Shown: one piece after another, positions 23,037-33,158 of the stretch
Position numbering within the stretch: position 1 is the stretch's first letter
Layout: every line of letters begins with the position of its first letter
NCBI GenBank assembly: GCA_040876345.1
Contig: JBBDPM010000001.1
Location: 33,619-97,618 of the forward strand
Direction of reading: 5' to 3'
Length of the DNA stretch: 64,000 nucleotides
From: Candidatus Woykebacteria bacterium
GTDB lineage: Bacteria; Patescibacteriota; Microgenomatia; Woykebacterales; RBG-16-39-9b
The notes under the pieces: model-generated
What the model was told of the DNA's origin: nothing
The model's input: the letters and a program-made list of their open reading frames with translations, nothing else
Databases searched by the model: none
Position numbers and translations under genes: made by a program

Positions 23037-23273
23037 ATGCAAAAAGAAAATATTGAAGTCAAAGGTGTAGTAGTTGAGTCGTTGCCCAATACGTTGTTTA
23101 GGGTTGAGGTAGATAAAAGTGCCCCGGAGATGCTTTCTGGTAAGATTCTACTTTGTCATGTAGCCGGGAAAATGCGAATGCACTACATAAGGATTTTACC
23201 CGGGGACAAGGTAAGAGTTGAAGTTACACCTTACGATTTGGATAAGGGAAGGATAGTTTACAGAGACAAGTAA
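23037..23273 (+). CDS. infA: Translation initiation factor IF-1
   Basis: [24 protein letters not shown]. Confidence 0.98.
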   Translation: MQKENIEVKGVVVESLPNTLFRVEVDKSAPEMLSGKILLCHVAGKMRMHYIRILPGDKVRVEVTPYDLDKGRIVYRDK

Positions 23274-23304
23274 TATACATAAACACTCTGTGATTTAAGT
23301 TTAA

Positions 23305-23418
23305 ATGAAAGTTCAAGCATCAATTAAAAAACGCTGTAATAAATGTAAAATCGTTAAGAGACGTGGAGTTTTATACGTTATTTGTGATAATCCACGGCAT
23401 AAACAGCGTCAGGGTTAA
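23305..23418 (+). CDS. rpmJ: 50S ribosomal protein L36 (below the ORF-track length cutoff)
   Basis: Hand translation [37 protein letters not shown]. Confidence 0.98.
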   Translation: MKVQASIKKRCNKCKIVKRRGVLYVICDNPRHKQRQG

Positions 23419-23475
23419 ACCCTGTTTACTGCTTGGGGTCCGGTAAAATCGAGACTAGAGCAGACAAGGAAATTT

Positions 23476-23880
23476 ATGGCTAGAATTGCAGGAATAGAAA
23501 TGCCCGGAAACAAAAAAATATTATTTGCCCTCCCCTATATTTTTGGGATTGGTAGAACTCGTTCGCAGGAAATAATAGCGAAAGCAAATATTGATGAAAA
23601 TAAAAGAGTCCGCGAACTAACTGAAGAAGAGCTTTCTAAAATACAAAAGCTTGTCGATAATTATCCGATTGAAGGAGATTTGAGGCGGCAAATTCAACAA
23701 AATATCAGAAGAATTGAAGAAATAGGAACGTATCGCGGGACAAGACATAAGAAAGGCTTGCCAGTGAGAGGGCAAAGAACAAGAAGCAACGCTCGAACTA
23801 AAAGGGGTAAAAGGGTTACTATCGGAGCAATTAAGAAAGAGCAGCTGCAGAAAATGCAGAAACCCCCTGGAGCCAAATAA
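23476..23880 (+). CDS. rpsM: 30S ribosomal protein S13
   Basis: [21 protein letters not shown]. Confidence 0.99.
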   Translation: MARIAGIEMPGNKKILFALPYIFGIGRTRSQEIIAKANIDENKRVRELTEEELSKIQKLVDNYPIEGDLRRQIQQNIRRIEEIGTYRGTRHKKGLPVRGQRTRSNARTKRGKRVTIGAIKKEQLQKMQKPPGAK

Positions 23881-24251
23881 TGCCAAAAAAGAAAGTTCTT
23901 AAAGAAGTAAAAGAAGGAAAAGTTTTTGTTAACGCTACCTTTAATAATACAATTGTAACCATCACTGACATGGGTGGTAACGCCTTGGGTTGGAGCAGCG
24001 CTGGTAAAGTTGGATTTAAGGGAGCCCGTAAATCCACACCTTACGCGGCCACTACCGCCGTGGAGAATTTAGCCAAGAAGGTTCAAGAGAGGGGCTTAAG
24101 AGAAGTTGAAGTTTATATAAAAGGTCCAGGATCTGGTCGGGACGCTACTATTAAAGCCCTTAAAAATAGTGGCCTATCCATTAGGGCAATAGCGGATGTT
24201 ACCCCCATACCTCACAATGGGCCAAGACCAAGAAAGAAACGAAGGATTTAA
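23880..24251 (+). CDS. rpsK: 30S ribosomal protein S11
   Basis: [22 protein letters not shown]. Confidence 0.99.
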   Translation: MPKKKVLKEVKEGKVFVNATFNNTIVTITDMGGNALGWSSAGKVGFKGARKSTPYAATTAVENLAKKVQERGLREVEVYIKGPGSGRDATIKALKNSGLSIRAIADVTPIPHNGPRPRKKRRI

Positions 24252-24253
24252 AA

Positions 24254-24883
24254 ATGGGTAGATATTTAGGACCAAAATTTAAATTAGACCGCCGGGAAGG
24301 TACAAACCTTTTCCTTAAGGGAAAGAGAAGTTTGAGCCCAAAGCACCCAATTGAAAAAAAGGGGGCGGTGCCACCTGGACAACACGGGCAAAGATCCTTG
24401 AGGAGAAAGTTTTCTGATTACGGTCTTCAGCTTCGCGAGAAACAAAAAGTCAAGAGAATGTACGGTCTTTTGGAAAGGCAGTTTAGAAAATATTACAAGG
24501 AAGCGGCTAAGAAAAAAGGGGAAACAGGGGTGGCACTTTTGCAGAAATTAGAAACAAGGCTTGATAACGTGATTTATAGACTTGGATTTACAATGTCAAG
24601 AGCGCAAGCAAGACAACTTGTCTCCCACCGCCATGTTTTAGTTAATGAAAAAAAGGTTAACATCCCTTCTTACGCGGTTAAAATTGGTGAAGTGGTTACG
24701 ATTTCAGATAAAGCTCAGAAGTTTAATTTGGTTAAAGAAGCGCATGAGATAGTGGATAAAGAGTCGCTACCAAAGTGGCTTGAAAAGAAGGGACTTTCAG
24801 GAAAAATGAAAAGGCTTCCCGACCGGGAAGAAATAGGAGCTAATATTAACGATCAATTAATAGTAGAGTTTTACTCCAGGTAG
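24254..24883 (+). CDS. rpsD: 30S ribosomal protein S4
   Basis: PGQHG, LETRLDN, IVEFYSR. Confidence 0.99.
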   Translation: MGRYLGPKFKLDRREGTNLFLKGKRSLSPKHPIEKKGAVPPGQHGQRSLRRKFSDYGLQLREKQKVKRMYGLLERQFRKYYKEAAKKKGETGVALLQKLETRLDNVIYRLGFTMSRAQARQLVSHRHVLVNEKKVNIPSYAVKIGEVVTISDKAQKFNLVKEAHEIVDKESLPKWLEKKGLSGKMKRLPDREEIGANINDQLIVEFYSR

Positions 24884-24933
24884 AGAGTAAAATTAATGAT
24901 TCTGACTCCTGTAGGAGTCAAGAAGGAGGTTTT

Positions 24934-25836
24934 ATGGTAGATAAAGTTAGAGTTGCCGTTTCCGGTAACTCAAATGAGGGGACACTTATAATTGAGCCGC
25001 TCCCCCAAAGTTATGGTGTCACACTAGGAAACTCTTTGAGAAGGGTTCTTTTAACTTCCCTTCCAGGAGCAGCTATAACCCAAGTTAAAATGGATGGGGT
25101 TACTCATGAGTACTCCACAGTTAAGGGGGTTAAAGAAGATGTTGTGGAAATATTACTAAATCTAAAAAGGGTTAGGCTAAAAATTGACTCCGACAAACCC
25201 GTAAAGCTCTCTATAGAGGAAAAAGGTCCAAAAGAAGTTTTAGCAAAAGATATAAAGGTTCCCGCTGGTGTTAAAATTTCAAACCCAGATCATCACATCG
25301 CGTCTCTGGCTGATTCAAAAACAAAGATAAATATGGAACTCAAGGCCGAAAACGGATTTGGGTATGTGCCGGTGGAGAGCAGACGAAGTTTGGGAGTAGG
25401 CGTGATACCCCTTGATGCAACTTTCGGCCCGGTTACTAAGGTTAACTACAAGGTTGAAGCTACCCGTGTTGGTCAGATCACAAACTTTGATAAGTTAATT
25501 ATCCACGTCACGACAGATGGTACCGTTTTTCCACAGGAAGCGGTGAAACAAGCGTCAAAGATCTTGACCGACTACTTCGACGTACTAGTTGAACAAAAAA
25601 AGCCGACAAAGGAGGAAAAGGAAGATAAATCAGCCCGGCCAAAGATCGAAAAAGATGCTCTTGTCGAGGAATTGGAACTTTCCACCAGGATTACAAATTC
25701 ACTTCGGAACGCGGGTATTGATACAGTCGAAAAACTCCTAGAAACACCCAAGGAAGAATTAGTCAAGTTAAAAAATATGGGCGCCAAATCAATTAGCGAC
25801 ATTGAAGAAAAGATTAAGGAAAAAGGTTTGTCCTAA
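24934..25836 (+). CDS. rpoA: RNA polymerase alpha subunit
   Basis: GVTLGNSLRRVLL, HEYS, alpha-CTD LSTRITNSL. Confidence 0.99.
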   Translation: MVDKVRVAVSGNSNEGTLIIEPLPQSYGVTLGNSLRRVLLTSLPGAAITQVKMDGVTHEYSTVKGVKEDVVEILLNLKRVRLKIDSDKPVKLSIEEKGPKEVLAKDIKVPAGVKISNPDHHIASLADSKTKINMELKAENGFGYVPVESRRSLGVGVIPLDATFGPVTKVNYKVEATRVGQITNFDKLIIHVTTDGTVFPQEAVKQASKILTDYFDVLVEQKKPTKEEKEDKSARPKIEKDALVEELELSTRITNSLRNAGIDTVEKLLETPKEELVKLKNMGAKSISDIEEKIKEKGLS

Positions 25837-25838
25837 AT

Positions 25839-26378
25839 ATGATTCACCGAGTTTCAGCCCGAAAATTAGGTAGAGGAACAAAAGAACGGAAAGCTTTGCT
25901 TAAGAGCTTAGCAAATTCGGTTGTTCTTTACGAAAAAATTACCACCACAGAGGCAAAGGCAAAAGCAGTTAGACCTTTTTTGGAAAAGCTGGTAACCGTT
26001 GCTAAGGAAGACAGTCTAACAGCGAGAAGAAGATTAACTGCTAAACTCGGGTTTGAAAACTCAGTTAGGAAACTACTTGAGGTAGTCGGTCCCACGTTCA
26101 AAGAAAGACCAGGTGGCTATCTTCGCCTCACCAAACTCGGCCCCAGAGCGGGTGATTCAGCCCCAATGGTAGTAGTGGAATTTGTTGAGGCTTTGAAATT
26201 ACCCAAGATCGTAGCCAAGGAGAATGTTAGAGTCAAGAAAAGTGAGACTAAAAAAGTAGAAGTTAAGAAAAGAGCTAGTAAGAAGGTAGAAGAAACAAAG
26301 AAACCTGTTAAAAAAACTAAAACTGCCCTGAAGAAACCGGTAAATGAAAAAGGAAGAAGTAAAAAAACAACAAAATAA
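25839..26378 (+). CDS. rplQ: 50S ribosomal protein L17 with Lys-rich tail
   Basis: ITTTEAKAK, RPGGYLR, RAGD. Confidence 0.98.
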   Translation: MIHRVSARKLGRGTKERKALLKSLANSVVLYEKITTTEAKAKAVRPFLEKLVTVAKEDSLTARRRLTAKLGFENSVRKLLEVVGPTFKERPGGYLRLTKLGPRAGDSAPMVVVEFVEALKLPKIVAKENVRVKKSETKKVEVKKRASKKVEETKKPVKKTKTALKKPVNEKGRSKKTTK

Positions 26379-26817
26379 TATTGGAAAGGCCGAAGGTGCA
26401 ACTTCCATCAAAGAAGCAAGCAGCCGAGGTTGGTATTTAGTTGATGCTCGAAATCAAATTTTGGGAAGGCTCGCCACAAGAGTGGCTAAGCTTTTGATGG
26501 GAAAGGATAAAGTGGCATTTGCTAGATACAAAGATATGGGAGACTCTGTTGTGATAGTTAATTCTTCCAAGGTGGCAGTTTCTGGTGCTAAAGAACAAGA
26601 TAAAAAGTACTATCGTTACTCAGGCTATCCGGGTGGGTTAAAAGAAACCACCTTAGCCAAACTCAGGGAAAAAAAGCCTGAGGAACTTATTTATCATGCA
26701 GTTTCCGGAATGCTGCCAAAAAATCGTTTGGGAAAAAGTATAATAAAAAATCTCTATGTTTATCCAAAAGATAAACACTCCCATGAAGCCCAGAAACCAC
26801 AGGAGGTGGAAATATAA
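26344..26817 (+). CDS. rplM: 50S ribosomal protein L13
   Basis: WYLVDA..LGRLA, SGYPGGLK, GMLPKN. Confidence 0.98.
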   Translation: MKKEEVKKQQNNIGKAEGATSIKEASSRGWYLVDARNQILGRLATRVAKLLMGKDKVAFARYKDMGDSVVIVNSSKVAVSGAKEQDKKYYRYSGYPGGLKETTLAKLREKKPEELIYHAVSGMLPKNRLGKSIIKNLYVYPKDKHSHEAQKPQEVEI

Positions 26818-27296
26818 TGCTCAGGAAAAAAACTCCCCCCGAAGAGGTAGTTGAAGAAAAAGCTGAAAAAACCAAAGAAGTTGTTAAGAAAAGTGATGCG
26901 AAAAAAGCCGAATTTTTTCAAGGTACGGGTAGACGCAAAGAAGCTGTCGCCCGTGTTCGGCTATTTCTTAAAAAGGGAGAACTTTTGATTAATGAGAAAC
27001 CCATAGATGACTATTTCCCAGACGCAGTTGCTAAAAAAATATATGAGGAGCCGCTGCGGGTGGTGAATCGACTCGGACAGCTTTCCGGAACCATAAAAAT
27101 TGAAGGTGGTGGTAAGAATGGCCAAATTGGCGCCGTCTCTCTTGGTATTGCCAGAGCCCTTGTCGATCTTGATGAGAGCTTTCGGCCTATCCTTTCAAGA
27201 AAAAATCTTCTCAGCCGCGATCCAAGGGTAAAAGAACGCCGCAAATTCGGACACGCTGGGAAAGCGCGCAAAATGAAGCAATCCCCAAAGCGTTAG
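26817..27296 (+). CDS. rpsI: 30S ribosomal protein S9
   Basis: GTGRRKEAVARV, RDPRVKERRK. Confidence 0.98.
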   Translation: MLRKKTPPEEVVEEKAEKTKEVVKKSDAKKAEFFQGTGRRKEAVARVRLFLKKGELLINEKPIDDYFPDAVAKKIYEEPLRVVNRLGQLSGTIKIEGGGKNGQIGAVSLGIARALVDLDESFRPILSRKNLLSRDPRVKERRKFGHAGKARKMKQSPKR

Positions 27297-27298
27297 TT

Positions 27299-27493
27299 CT
27301 AATATTTATTGTGAAAGATAAATTGGTAAAGAAAGAGAACTCCGACCACCCCAGGTAGAAGGGCAAGAAGTTGGAAGAAACGCACAGGTATTTGAGCAAT
27401 TAGAAGGGCCAGTAAAAGAAAGAGAAATCCCCAAACAAAAGTTGGAATTCTTTTTAGCACCAACCAATCAATTTGACGAAACCATTCTCCCAT
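27299..27493 (-). CDS. Small membrane protein
   Basis: 64 aa with two hydrophobic segments. Confidence 0.55.
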   Translation of the reverse strand: MGEWFRQIDWLVLKRIPTFVWGFLFLLLALLIAQIPVRFFQLLALLPGVVGVLFLYQFIFHNKY

Positions 27494-27528
27494 TTACTAA
27501 GTATATCAGATAAGTTTACTTCGATTTT

Positions 27529-28365
27529 CTATAGTTTAAACTTTCCTCTGTGTTTAATTTCATCGACAACGATTTTTATCATTTCTTTATATTGATAGAC
27601 AGGCAAATCTAACTCCTTCAATTTTCCTAAATCCTCAGTTATTAGTTTGCTGTATTGTTGATCTTCAAAAGACGTAACCTTGATATCAAAAGTAGAAATA
27701 ATGTCCTTGGCTATATCATATCTACTTTTTATCTCATCTACCGCTACTGGTGTTGTTTCTTTATTAATATCGCGCTCTATGGATAAAGATATAACTTCAC
27801 TTAAATGACCAATGTAAGTCGGTTGGTATCTCCTAGTGGATTCGGCGGGAAACTCGTTCAATTGTTTATCGATGCTTTCAATTATATGATTAAAAAAGTT
27901 GTCAGTTTCTGTCTGAGGGCTACAACCAATAATTACCGAAGGTCTAATTATTAGGTATTTATCCACTGTTGATTTAATAATCTCCTCACTTTGCTTCTTT
28001 GTATATCCGTAAAAATAGTCTGGATTGTTTGCAGCAAACGAAGAAATAAAAATAATTTTTGAACCAATACTCTTGGCCGCATCAACGACATATTTAGTTG
28101 CATCTATATTTATTTTCCTGGCTAAATCTTCATGATCTTGGCACCATTTCCTATTTGCATTGGCAGCTGCGTGAATTATTATGCTTGGTTGAACTTTTCT
28201 TATTAGTTCCCTTACGTCATTTTGGTTTGTTGTATCTAATTTGATAAACTCGCTATAAAGGCGGGTTCTGTTATAGGTGCCTACCACCTCAAATTTATTT
28301 CTTAGATCTAGAAAAAGTCTAGCTTCAAGGTACCCACTTGCACCAGTTAGTAGTATTTTTTTCAT
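27529..28365 (-). CDS. RmlD-like extended SDR oxidoreductase
   Basis: TGASGYL, HAAA, YGYTK (YxxxK); third Gly of GxxGxxG replaced by Glu. Confidence 0.8.
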   Translation of the reverse strand: MKKILLTGASGYLEARLFLDLRNKFEVVGTYNRTRLYSEFIKLDTTNQNDVRELIRKVQPSIIIHAAANANRKWCQDHEDLARKINIDATKYVVDAAKSIGSKIIFISSFAANNPDYFYGYTKKQSEEIIKSTVDKYLIIRPSVIIGCSPQTETDNFFNHIIESIDKQLNEFPAESTRRYQPTYIGHLSEVISLSIERDINKETTPVAVDEIKSRYDIAKDIISTFDIKVTSFEDQQYSKLITEDLGKLKELDLPVYQYKEMIKIVVDEIKHRGKFKL

Positions 28366-28411
28366 GTTTGGATTTTAGCATTTTAGTGTTAAAATATCAC
28401 TCTAGCGATTA

Positions 28412-28771
28412 ATGTTTCCTCACAGACTCGAAAGGGCACCTATGTTATTATTAATTGAAGATAAAATTTCTGATAAAGATCTAAAAAAGGTCGCTGAGGA
28501 TTTCGACGGTTATGTTAAAGTGGTTGTTGATGTTGATAGAGAAATTCTAACCGCTGGTGGCAAACAACATGTTGAAGGTGAGGAATTGCTTTTGCAGGGC
28601 GGTAGTAGACAAGATAATCTTTGGGGAGGTGGTTTAGATTTGGAGACTGGAGAGATAGATTTTGATTCAATGATAAACCTTCGGCCCAACCAAGATAATT
28701 CTAGTCGTGAAGTCTTAAATCAAAAATTAAGAGAAAAAATTACTGAAATTGTACAAAAGTTGTTGGTATGA
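28412..28771 (+). CDS. Conserved hypothetical protein (DUF5674-like)
   Basis: VKVVVD, GS.Q.NLWG, SMINLRP pattern; start probably 28442. Confidence 0.65.
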   Translation: MFPHRLERAPMLLLIEDKISDKDLKKVAEDFDGYVKVVVDVDREILTAGGKQHVEGEELLLQGGSRQDNLWGGGLDLETGEIDFDSMINLRPNQDNSSREVLNQKLREKITEIVQKLLV

Positions 28772-29052
28772 ATGCTAAGGATCTAACTTTAAACATTGCC
28801 GTGAATTTAGGTAGACTCGGCCGTTGGGTAGATGAAGGAAAAACCTCTCGAGTAGCTATTTTTTTGGAGGAGACAGAGTTTTATCTGACAAATCTAGAAA
28901 AGGTTGAGAAAAATACACGCTTCCAGAGAACTTTCGAAGCATTTAAAATTAGCTTCCTGGCCTTAAAAAACAATCATGTATACGATCAAAATTGGGCTGA
29001 GGAAGCCTTGACCTGGGCGAATATCCTCCAACATAGAGCAAAATTAGCTTAA
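28768..29052 (+). CDS. Hypothetical protein
   Basis: ATGA overlap with the upstream gene. Confidence 0.65.
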   Translation: MNAKDLTLNIAVNLGRLGRWVDEGKTSRVAIFLEETEFYLTNLEKVEKNTRFQRTFEAFKISFLALKNNHVYDQNWAEEALTWANILQHRAKLA

Positions 29053-29055
29053 ATC

Positions 29056-29085
29056 TGGCTGGCCTTGCTGGAACAATATTGGATT
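29056..29085 (-). repeat. Decayed inverted copy of the array repeat
   Basis: tggctggccttgctgga vs consensus tggtcggccttgttgga; WLALLE on the + strand. Confidence 0.5.
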
Positions 29086-29104
29086 TCACGCTAAAAATGC
29101 TAGA

Positions 29105-29533
29105 ATGACAGCAGTGAAGAACGATTGTCCTTTTTGTGAATTTAATGAAGATAGAGTTTTGAAGGAAGGTAAACACTCCTATGTTATTTTTAGCAATCCG
29201 CGTCTAATGCCCGGACACTTACTAGTGATAACTCGAAGGCACATTCAAAGGCTTTCACAGATGAACAATGAAGAGCGAGACGAGGTTTTAAATTTTGTAA
29301 CAGAATTTGAAGAAAGGATCTTAGAAAAGCTATCTAAAGGCTGTGATATTCGCCAAAATTTTAAGCCTTACGTGGAAAATAGCAAGACGCACATCAAGCA
29401 TTTTCATTTCCACCTAAATCCAAGAGTTTTTGAAGATGAGCTATATGAAAAAGCAGATGTCTACAGAAAACCTTTGTATAAAGAATTGACGGGAGAAGAA
29501 AGAGATAAGATCGCCAAGTTATTGATTGGTTAG
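29105..29533 (+). CDS. HIT family nucleotide hydrolase
   Basis: CPFC, PGHLLV, HFHFHL; start may be GTG 29114. Confidence 0.9.
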   Translation: MTAVKNDCPFCEFNEDRVLKEGKHSYVIFSNPRLMPGHLLVITRRHIQRLSQMNNEERDEVLNFVTEFEERILEKLSKGCDIRQNFKPYVENSKTHIKHFHFHLNPRVFEDELYEKADVYRKPLYKELTGEERDKIAKLLIG

Positions 29534-30016
29534 ATTTATCCTCAGACTTGCCAAATTAACCCCAATTCGAATATCTATGTAATTGCCGTTGACGTTTCCA
29601 TCACCATTTACCCAAATTTGTTCAGAAATCGCTTTGTAAACTCTTCTCGGCATTGTTCCCAAAAATTGGTTTGGGGTGTGGGATTTTTTGTTCACTCTAC
29701 CATCAAGATACTTAAGGGCGTTCCTCACCTCCTTCTCATCTTTTATCTCGTAGGCTTTTGCTTGGATGTAAACTCCTTCGCCAGCACCTTCTTGCACAGT
29801 TGAGTCATAAATTACCAAAAAGACTTGATTGTTTTCTTTGATGTTTTTTGAATGTTGTGCGTTTTGATCCGAAGCCCAAAAGAAATTGAGATTTTTATCA
29901 TGTGCAGAAAATACAGGAGAGTTCCAAGGAATGTTATTATTAGACACTGACGCAATCGTAATATATCGGATACTTTCAATTATTCTTTTGGCTATTTGTT
30001 CAGGGGTTTCTTGCAT
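29519..30016 (-). CDS. Pyridoxamine 5'-phosphate oxidase-like FMN-binding protein
   Basis: ITIASV...PWNSPV, HSKNI..N.QV; start at MQETPE. Confidence 0.8.
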   Translation of the reverse strand: MQETPEQIAKRIIESIRYITIASVSNNNIPWNSPVFSAHDKNLNFFWASDQNAQHSKNIKENNQVFLVIYDSTVQEGAGEGVYIQAKAYEIKDEKEVRNALKYLDGRVNKKSHTPNQFLGTMPRRVYKAISEQIWVNGDGNVNGNYIDIRIGVNLASLRINLTNQ

Positions 30017-30020
30017 ATTT

Positions 30021-30392
30021 TTACCAAGTCTCCTCTGAAACATCTAAAGGGTTTATCTGCATCTCCTCTTCTGTCACACTATTTGCTAATCCATATTCCA
30101 CTGCTTTTGAGAAGTCATCTTTACCCAAAAGAAACTTCTTTTCAGAAAAGACAACAATAAGCTGTGATTTATTTGGGTCCTCATGGTAAAGATGAGTATA
30201 GTAAGGGTAAATAATCTTCTCCTCAAGTAAATCAGCTAAACTAGGCGCCTCATCTTCCGGTACTTCAACCTTTAACATTCTTGACTCTCTATCCGTTCCT
30301 TCGGCAAACGTGGTTTCAGAAAGAACCTTGTACTTATCCAAGACGTTTTTATCTTTTAGAGAATTCTCAATTATAATCCAACGATAATTCAT
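30021..30392 (-). CDS. Hypothetical protein
   Basis: 123 aa ORF; IIENSL and YTH pattern. Confidence 0.7.
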   Translation of the reverse strand: MNYRWIIIENSLKDKNVLDKYKVLSETTFAEGTDRESRMLKVEVPEDEAPSLADLLEEKIIYPYYTHLYHEDPNKSQLIVVFSEKKFLLGKDDFSKAVEYGLANSVTEEEMQINPLDVSEETW

Positions 30393-30445
30393 ACTTCGAA
30401 TTTTACATCAAAAATAATAAAAAGACAGCTGTGGAGAAGGAGAGG

Positions 30446-31396
30446 TTAGTTTTGGGTGTTGGAATTGGTTTCGAGGGCTTCCTGCACCCCGGCCATATCA
30501 ATTTTTGACTTATAAAAGAAATAGCCTACTGTCCCGAAAGTAATTATTGGCGAAACCCAAGGTGGAATGTGAAAGCCAAAGCTGTCCAGTATCATAATTG
30601 TTCCTAAGAACAGAATTGAGTACATGGCTCCATTTTTTAGATATCGGTAACGTTTAATTCTTTCAATGTTACTAACAGTTAACTTTCGAAGTACCAAGGC
30701 ACCCAGACCATTTCCAATCAATATTAGGGGTACCAAAAAAGTGAAAGCAAAAGCCCCAATAACACCATCAATCGAAAAAGTGGAATCCAGAACCTCCAGA
30801 TAGGCAATCTTACTTAAATCCGACATGCTCCCGCTCAGCAATTTTTTTTCCTGTTCTTCTGCAAACTGCCGAAAGCCATGAATGATAAAGAAAGTTGTGG
30901 ATCCAACCACCGCCGCAAAAGCGAGCATTGGACTTTCGCGAAGAGCGAACCAAACGATAATTGTCAGAAGAATTGAAACTACGGCGAAAAACCAGGCCCC
31001 TTGAGCTTGGAAGAAATTTTCTCCCCGAAGACCGAAATTTTTTGGCTCAAGAAAAAGCCAATTAAAGAAGAGAAACACAAGAAAAATTCCCCCACCAAGA
31101 AGTAGCAAGGGGGACGATTGCTCAATTGCTTCCACAATGTGGGGGTCATTTGAAAAAGCAGCGGTAATTACTCCAACTGGACCAATGCTTGGGTTTGCAA
31201 GCCAAACGATAAGAAAAGGTAAAAGCCCTCGAACAACAAAAACAGCAAAAAGAAACCCCCAAAGGAGGAACCAACGACGGGCTTTTTGGCTCATTCCTCC
31301 GAGGACTTCAGCGTTGATAATAGCGTTATCAATACTCGTGATTATTTCAAATAGTGATAAGCCAAGAATAGTAAGTATTAGAAAGCCAATTTCCAT
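30446..31396 (-). CDS. DUF475 / TerC-related membrane protein
   Basis: SIDNAIINA, YLEVLDSTFSIDGVIGAFA, YLKNGAMYSI. Confidence 0.85.
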   Translation of the reverse strand: MEIGFLILTILGLSLFEIITSIDNAIINAEVLGGMSQKARRWFLLWGFLFAVFVVRGLLPFLIVWLANPSIGPVGVITAAFSNDPHIVEAIEQSSPLLLLGGGIFLVFLFFNWLFLEPKNFGLRGENFFQAQGAWFFAVVSILLTIIVWFALRESPMLAFAAVVGSTTFFIIHGFRQFAEEQEKKLLSGSMSDLSKIAYLEVLDSTFSIDGVIGAFAFTFLVPLILIGNGLGALVLRKLTVSNIERIKRYRYLKNGAMYSILFLGTIMILDSFGFHIPPWVSPIITFGTVGYFFYKSKIDMAGVQEALETNSNTQN

Positions 31397-31452
31397 AAAT
31401 ACGAATTATATCATATACATAATTAACTGCGGATATGGGATATAATTAAAAA

Positions 31453-31617
31453 ATGAAGTTAAAACATCTTTGGTTAATTCTGGCAGCTTACGGTGTATGG
31501 TTTGCTATTTTATCAGGTTTAGTAGAAGCCTCAAACGGTAAATACTGGAAGCTTGTTTTGAGTCTCGTTCTAGGTTTATTAACGTATTGGGTAATTGAGA
31601 AAAAGATGGGTAAGTAA
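31453..31617 (+). CDS. Small membrane protein, 54 aa (not in the ORF track)
   Basis: MKLKHLWLILAAYGVWFAIL...WVIEKKMGK*; TATAAT 6 nt upstream of the ATG. Confidence 0.55.
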   Translation: MKLKHLWLILAAYGVWFAILSGLVEASNGKYWKLVLSLVLGLLTYWVIEKKMGK

Positions 31618-31626
31618 CAAACGATT

Positions 31627-31676
31627 TGGCGGGCCTTGTTAGACCATCTCGACTCGATCCGAGGCGGACGATTTAG
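31627..31676 (-). repeat. Decayed inverted copy of the array repeat with hairpin insert
   Basis: tggcgggccttgttagac[insert]gatttag; WRALLD. Confidence 0.65.
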
Positions 31677-31933
31677 CTCTTATAGATATCTCTTCTATGC
31701 CCGACTCTTAAGATCTCTTGTATATTATTTTCTAAATAAAAAATTACACGATAGTTACCCACTCGCAGCCTTCGAGCTCCTTTTACTTCAAAATCTTGTA
31801 ATTGGAGAGAGTTTGCTAAGGGGTCTGTTAAAAGTTTAGTTTCAATTGCTTCTTTTATCTTTTTCTTAACAAGATTGTCTAGTTTGGAAATTTCTTTCGC
31901 CGCGTTTTTAGAATACTTGAGTTGGTAACCCAT
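31673..31933 (-). CDS. RelE/ParE family toxin
   Basis: RRLRVGNYRVIF, ILRVGHRRDIY. Confidence 0.92.
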   Translation of the reverse strand: MGYQLKYSKNAAKEISKLDNLVKKKIKEAIETKLLTDPLANSLQLQDFEVKGARRLRVGNYRVIFYLENNIQEILRVGHRRDIYKS

Positions 31934-31936
31934 CGA

Positions 31937-32188
31937 TCAGATGTTACCAAAAACCTCTTCATGAGTGTAGACCTCGCCTCTTTTGATTTGTTCACGAGCC
32001 TCTTTTATAGACTCAGTAAAGGCTTTACTGTTGACAGCTTCAATGTCTTCGAGTAGATCAAGATTGACCACTCCAGCCACGGGATCACCATTTTTGGTTA
32101 CAATTAGAAAATCGTTTTTCTCATTAACCTCTGCGATGGCAGATGCTAAGTTGTTACGTAATTTTGTAGTCTCAATAGATTTTGGCAT
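31937..32188 (-). CDS. Phd/YefM family antitoxin
   Basis: TKLRNNLA, IVTKNGDPVA; lies upstream of the RelE toxin. Confidence 0.9.
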   Translation of the reverse strand: MPKSIETTKLRNNLASAIAEVNEKNDFLIVTKNGDPVAGVVNLDLLEDIEAVNSKAFTESIKEAREQIKRGEVYTHEEVFGNI

Positions 32189-32199
32189 AACAAAATTAC

Positions 32200-32218
32200 T
32201 GTACATTAACAATGTACA
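32200..32218. promoter_or_regulatory. Putative antitoxin operator (two TGTACA palindromes)
   Basis: TGTACA-ttaacaa-TGTACA just upstream of the antitoxin ATG; TGTACA is the core of the E. coli yefM-yoeB operator. Confidence 0.6.
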
Positions 32219-32232
32219 TAAGTCAAGTGGTT

Positions 32233-32250
32233 TGGTCGACCTTTTGGAAG
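32233..32250 (-). repeat. Decayed inverted copy of the array repeat core
   Basis: tggtcgaccttttgga vs tggtcggccttgttgga. Confidence 0.45.
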
Positions 32251-32256
32251 CCCGTA

Positions 32257-32296
32257 TTAATTAAGTCTTGACTTAATTAAGTATAAGGTTTATCAT
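32257..32296 (+). promoter_or_regulatory. ArsR-type operator overlapping a promoter
   Basis: Perfect 11-2-11 inverted repeat ttaattaagtc-tt-gacttaattaa over TTGACT-17-TATCAT, 6 nt before the ATG. Confidence 0.75.
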
Positions 32297-32302
32297 GGGC
32301 TC

Positions 32303-32647
32303 ATGAATGTTTTTTCTGCACTTGCGGATCCAACTCGTCGTAGCATCATTGAGATGCTTGCGGCTAGTGGCCAGTTGACAGCCTCCGATATATACGGTAA
32401 ATTTCAGGTCAGTCATCCCGCTATATCACAGCATCTAAAAGTTCTGCGCGAAGCAAGTTTAGTGCAGGTGGAAAAACGCTCTCAGCAACGAATTTACAAA
32501 GTCAATCCTGATAAGATTTCTGAACTGGAAGAATGGGTCCAAAAAATGAAGCAGAATTGGGACGAGCGTTTTGATAGACTTGATAAACTACTTGCAAAAG
32601 AAAAAAAGAGAGAGGGGGTGAGCTTTCGAAAATATGGCAAAAAATAA
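32303..32647 (+). CDS. ArsR/SmtB family transcriptional regulator
   Basis: [22 protein letters not shown]. Confidence 0.95.
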   Translation: MNVFSALADPTRRSIIEMLAASGQLTASDIYGKFQVSHPAISQHLKVLREASLVQVEKRSQQRIYKVNPDKISELEEWVQKMKQNWDERFDRLDKLLAKEKKREGVSFRKYGKK

Positions 32648-33158
32648 GCAAAGCTTACGATCTAGCGAGCTAAAAACAAAAATAGTTGCAGAACCTGGTA
32701 AACAAGAGCTTTTCATTACAAGAGAGCTTGATGCTCCCCGAGATCTTGTCTTTAAAGCATATACCGACCCAAAGCTTTACGTTCAGTGGTTGGGACCAAA
32801 GGGTTATAAAATGCATTTGGAGAAATTTGAACCAAGAAGTGGTGGATCATGGCGATATATTCAAACCGATCCAGAGGGTAATAAATGGGCGTTTCATGGT
32901 GTGATTCATGAGGTTCTTAAACCAGAGCGCATTATCGACACCTTTGAGTTTGAAGGGCTCCCGGAGAAAGGACATGTAATCTTGCAGACAGCAACGTTCG
33001 AGGAATTGCCAGGCGGGAGGACAAAAGTGACCGCCCAAGCAGTTTTTCAGTCTGTGGGAGATCGTGATGGTATGATCCAAAGTGGTATGGAGAAAGGTGT
33101 TAATGAAGGCTTTGTTCGCCTTGATGAAGTTTTAGCAAAATTGAAGGAGAAAAAATAA
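32634..33158 (+). CDS. SRPBCC (AHSA1-like) protein
   Basis: [25 protein letters not shown]. Confidence 0.9.
   Translation: MAKNKQSLRSSELKTKIVAEPGKQELFITRELDAPRDLVFKAYTDPKLYVQWLGPKGYKMHLEKFEPRSGGSWRYIQTDPEGNKWAFHGVIHEVLKPERIIDTFEFEGLPEKGHVILQTATFEELPGGRTKVTAQAVFQSVGDRDGMIQSGMEKGVNEGFVRLDEVLAKLKEKK

Noticed and set aside
977-27271. Many antisense and overlapping ORFs within core genes
   Set aside because: Shadow frames of well-conserved genes with no independent motifs.
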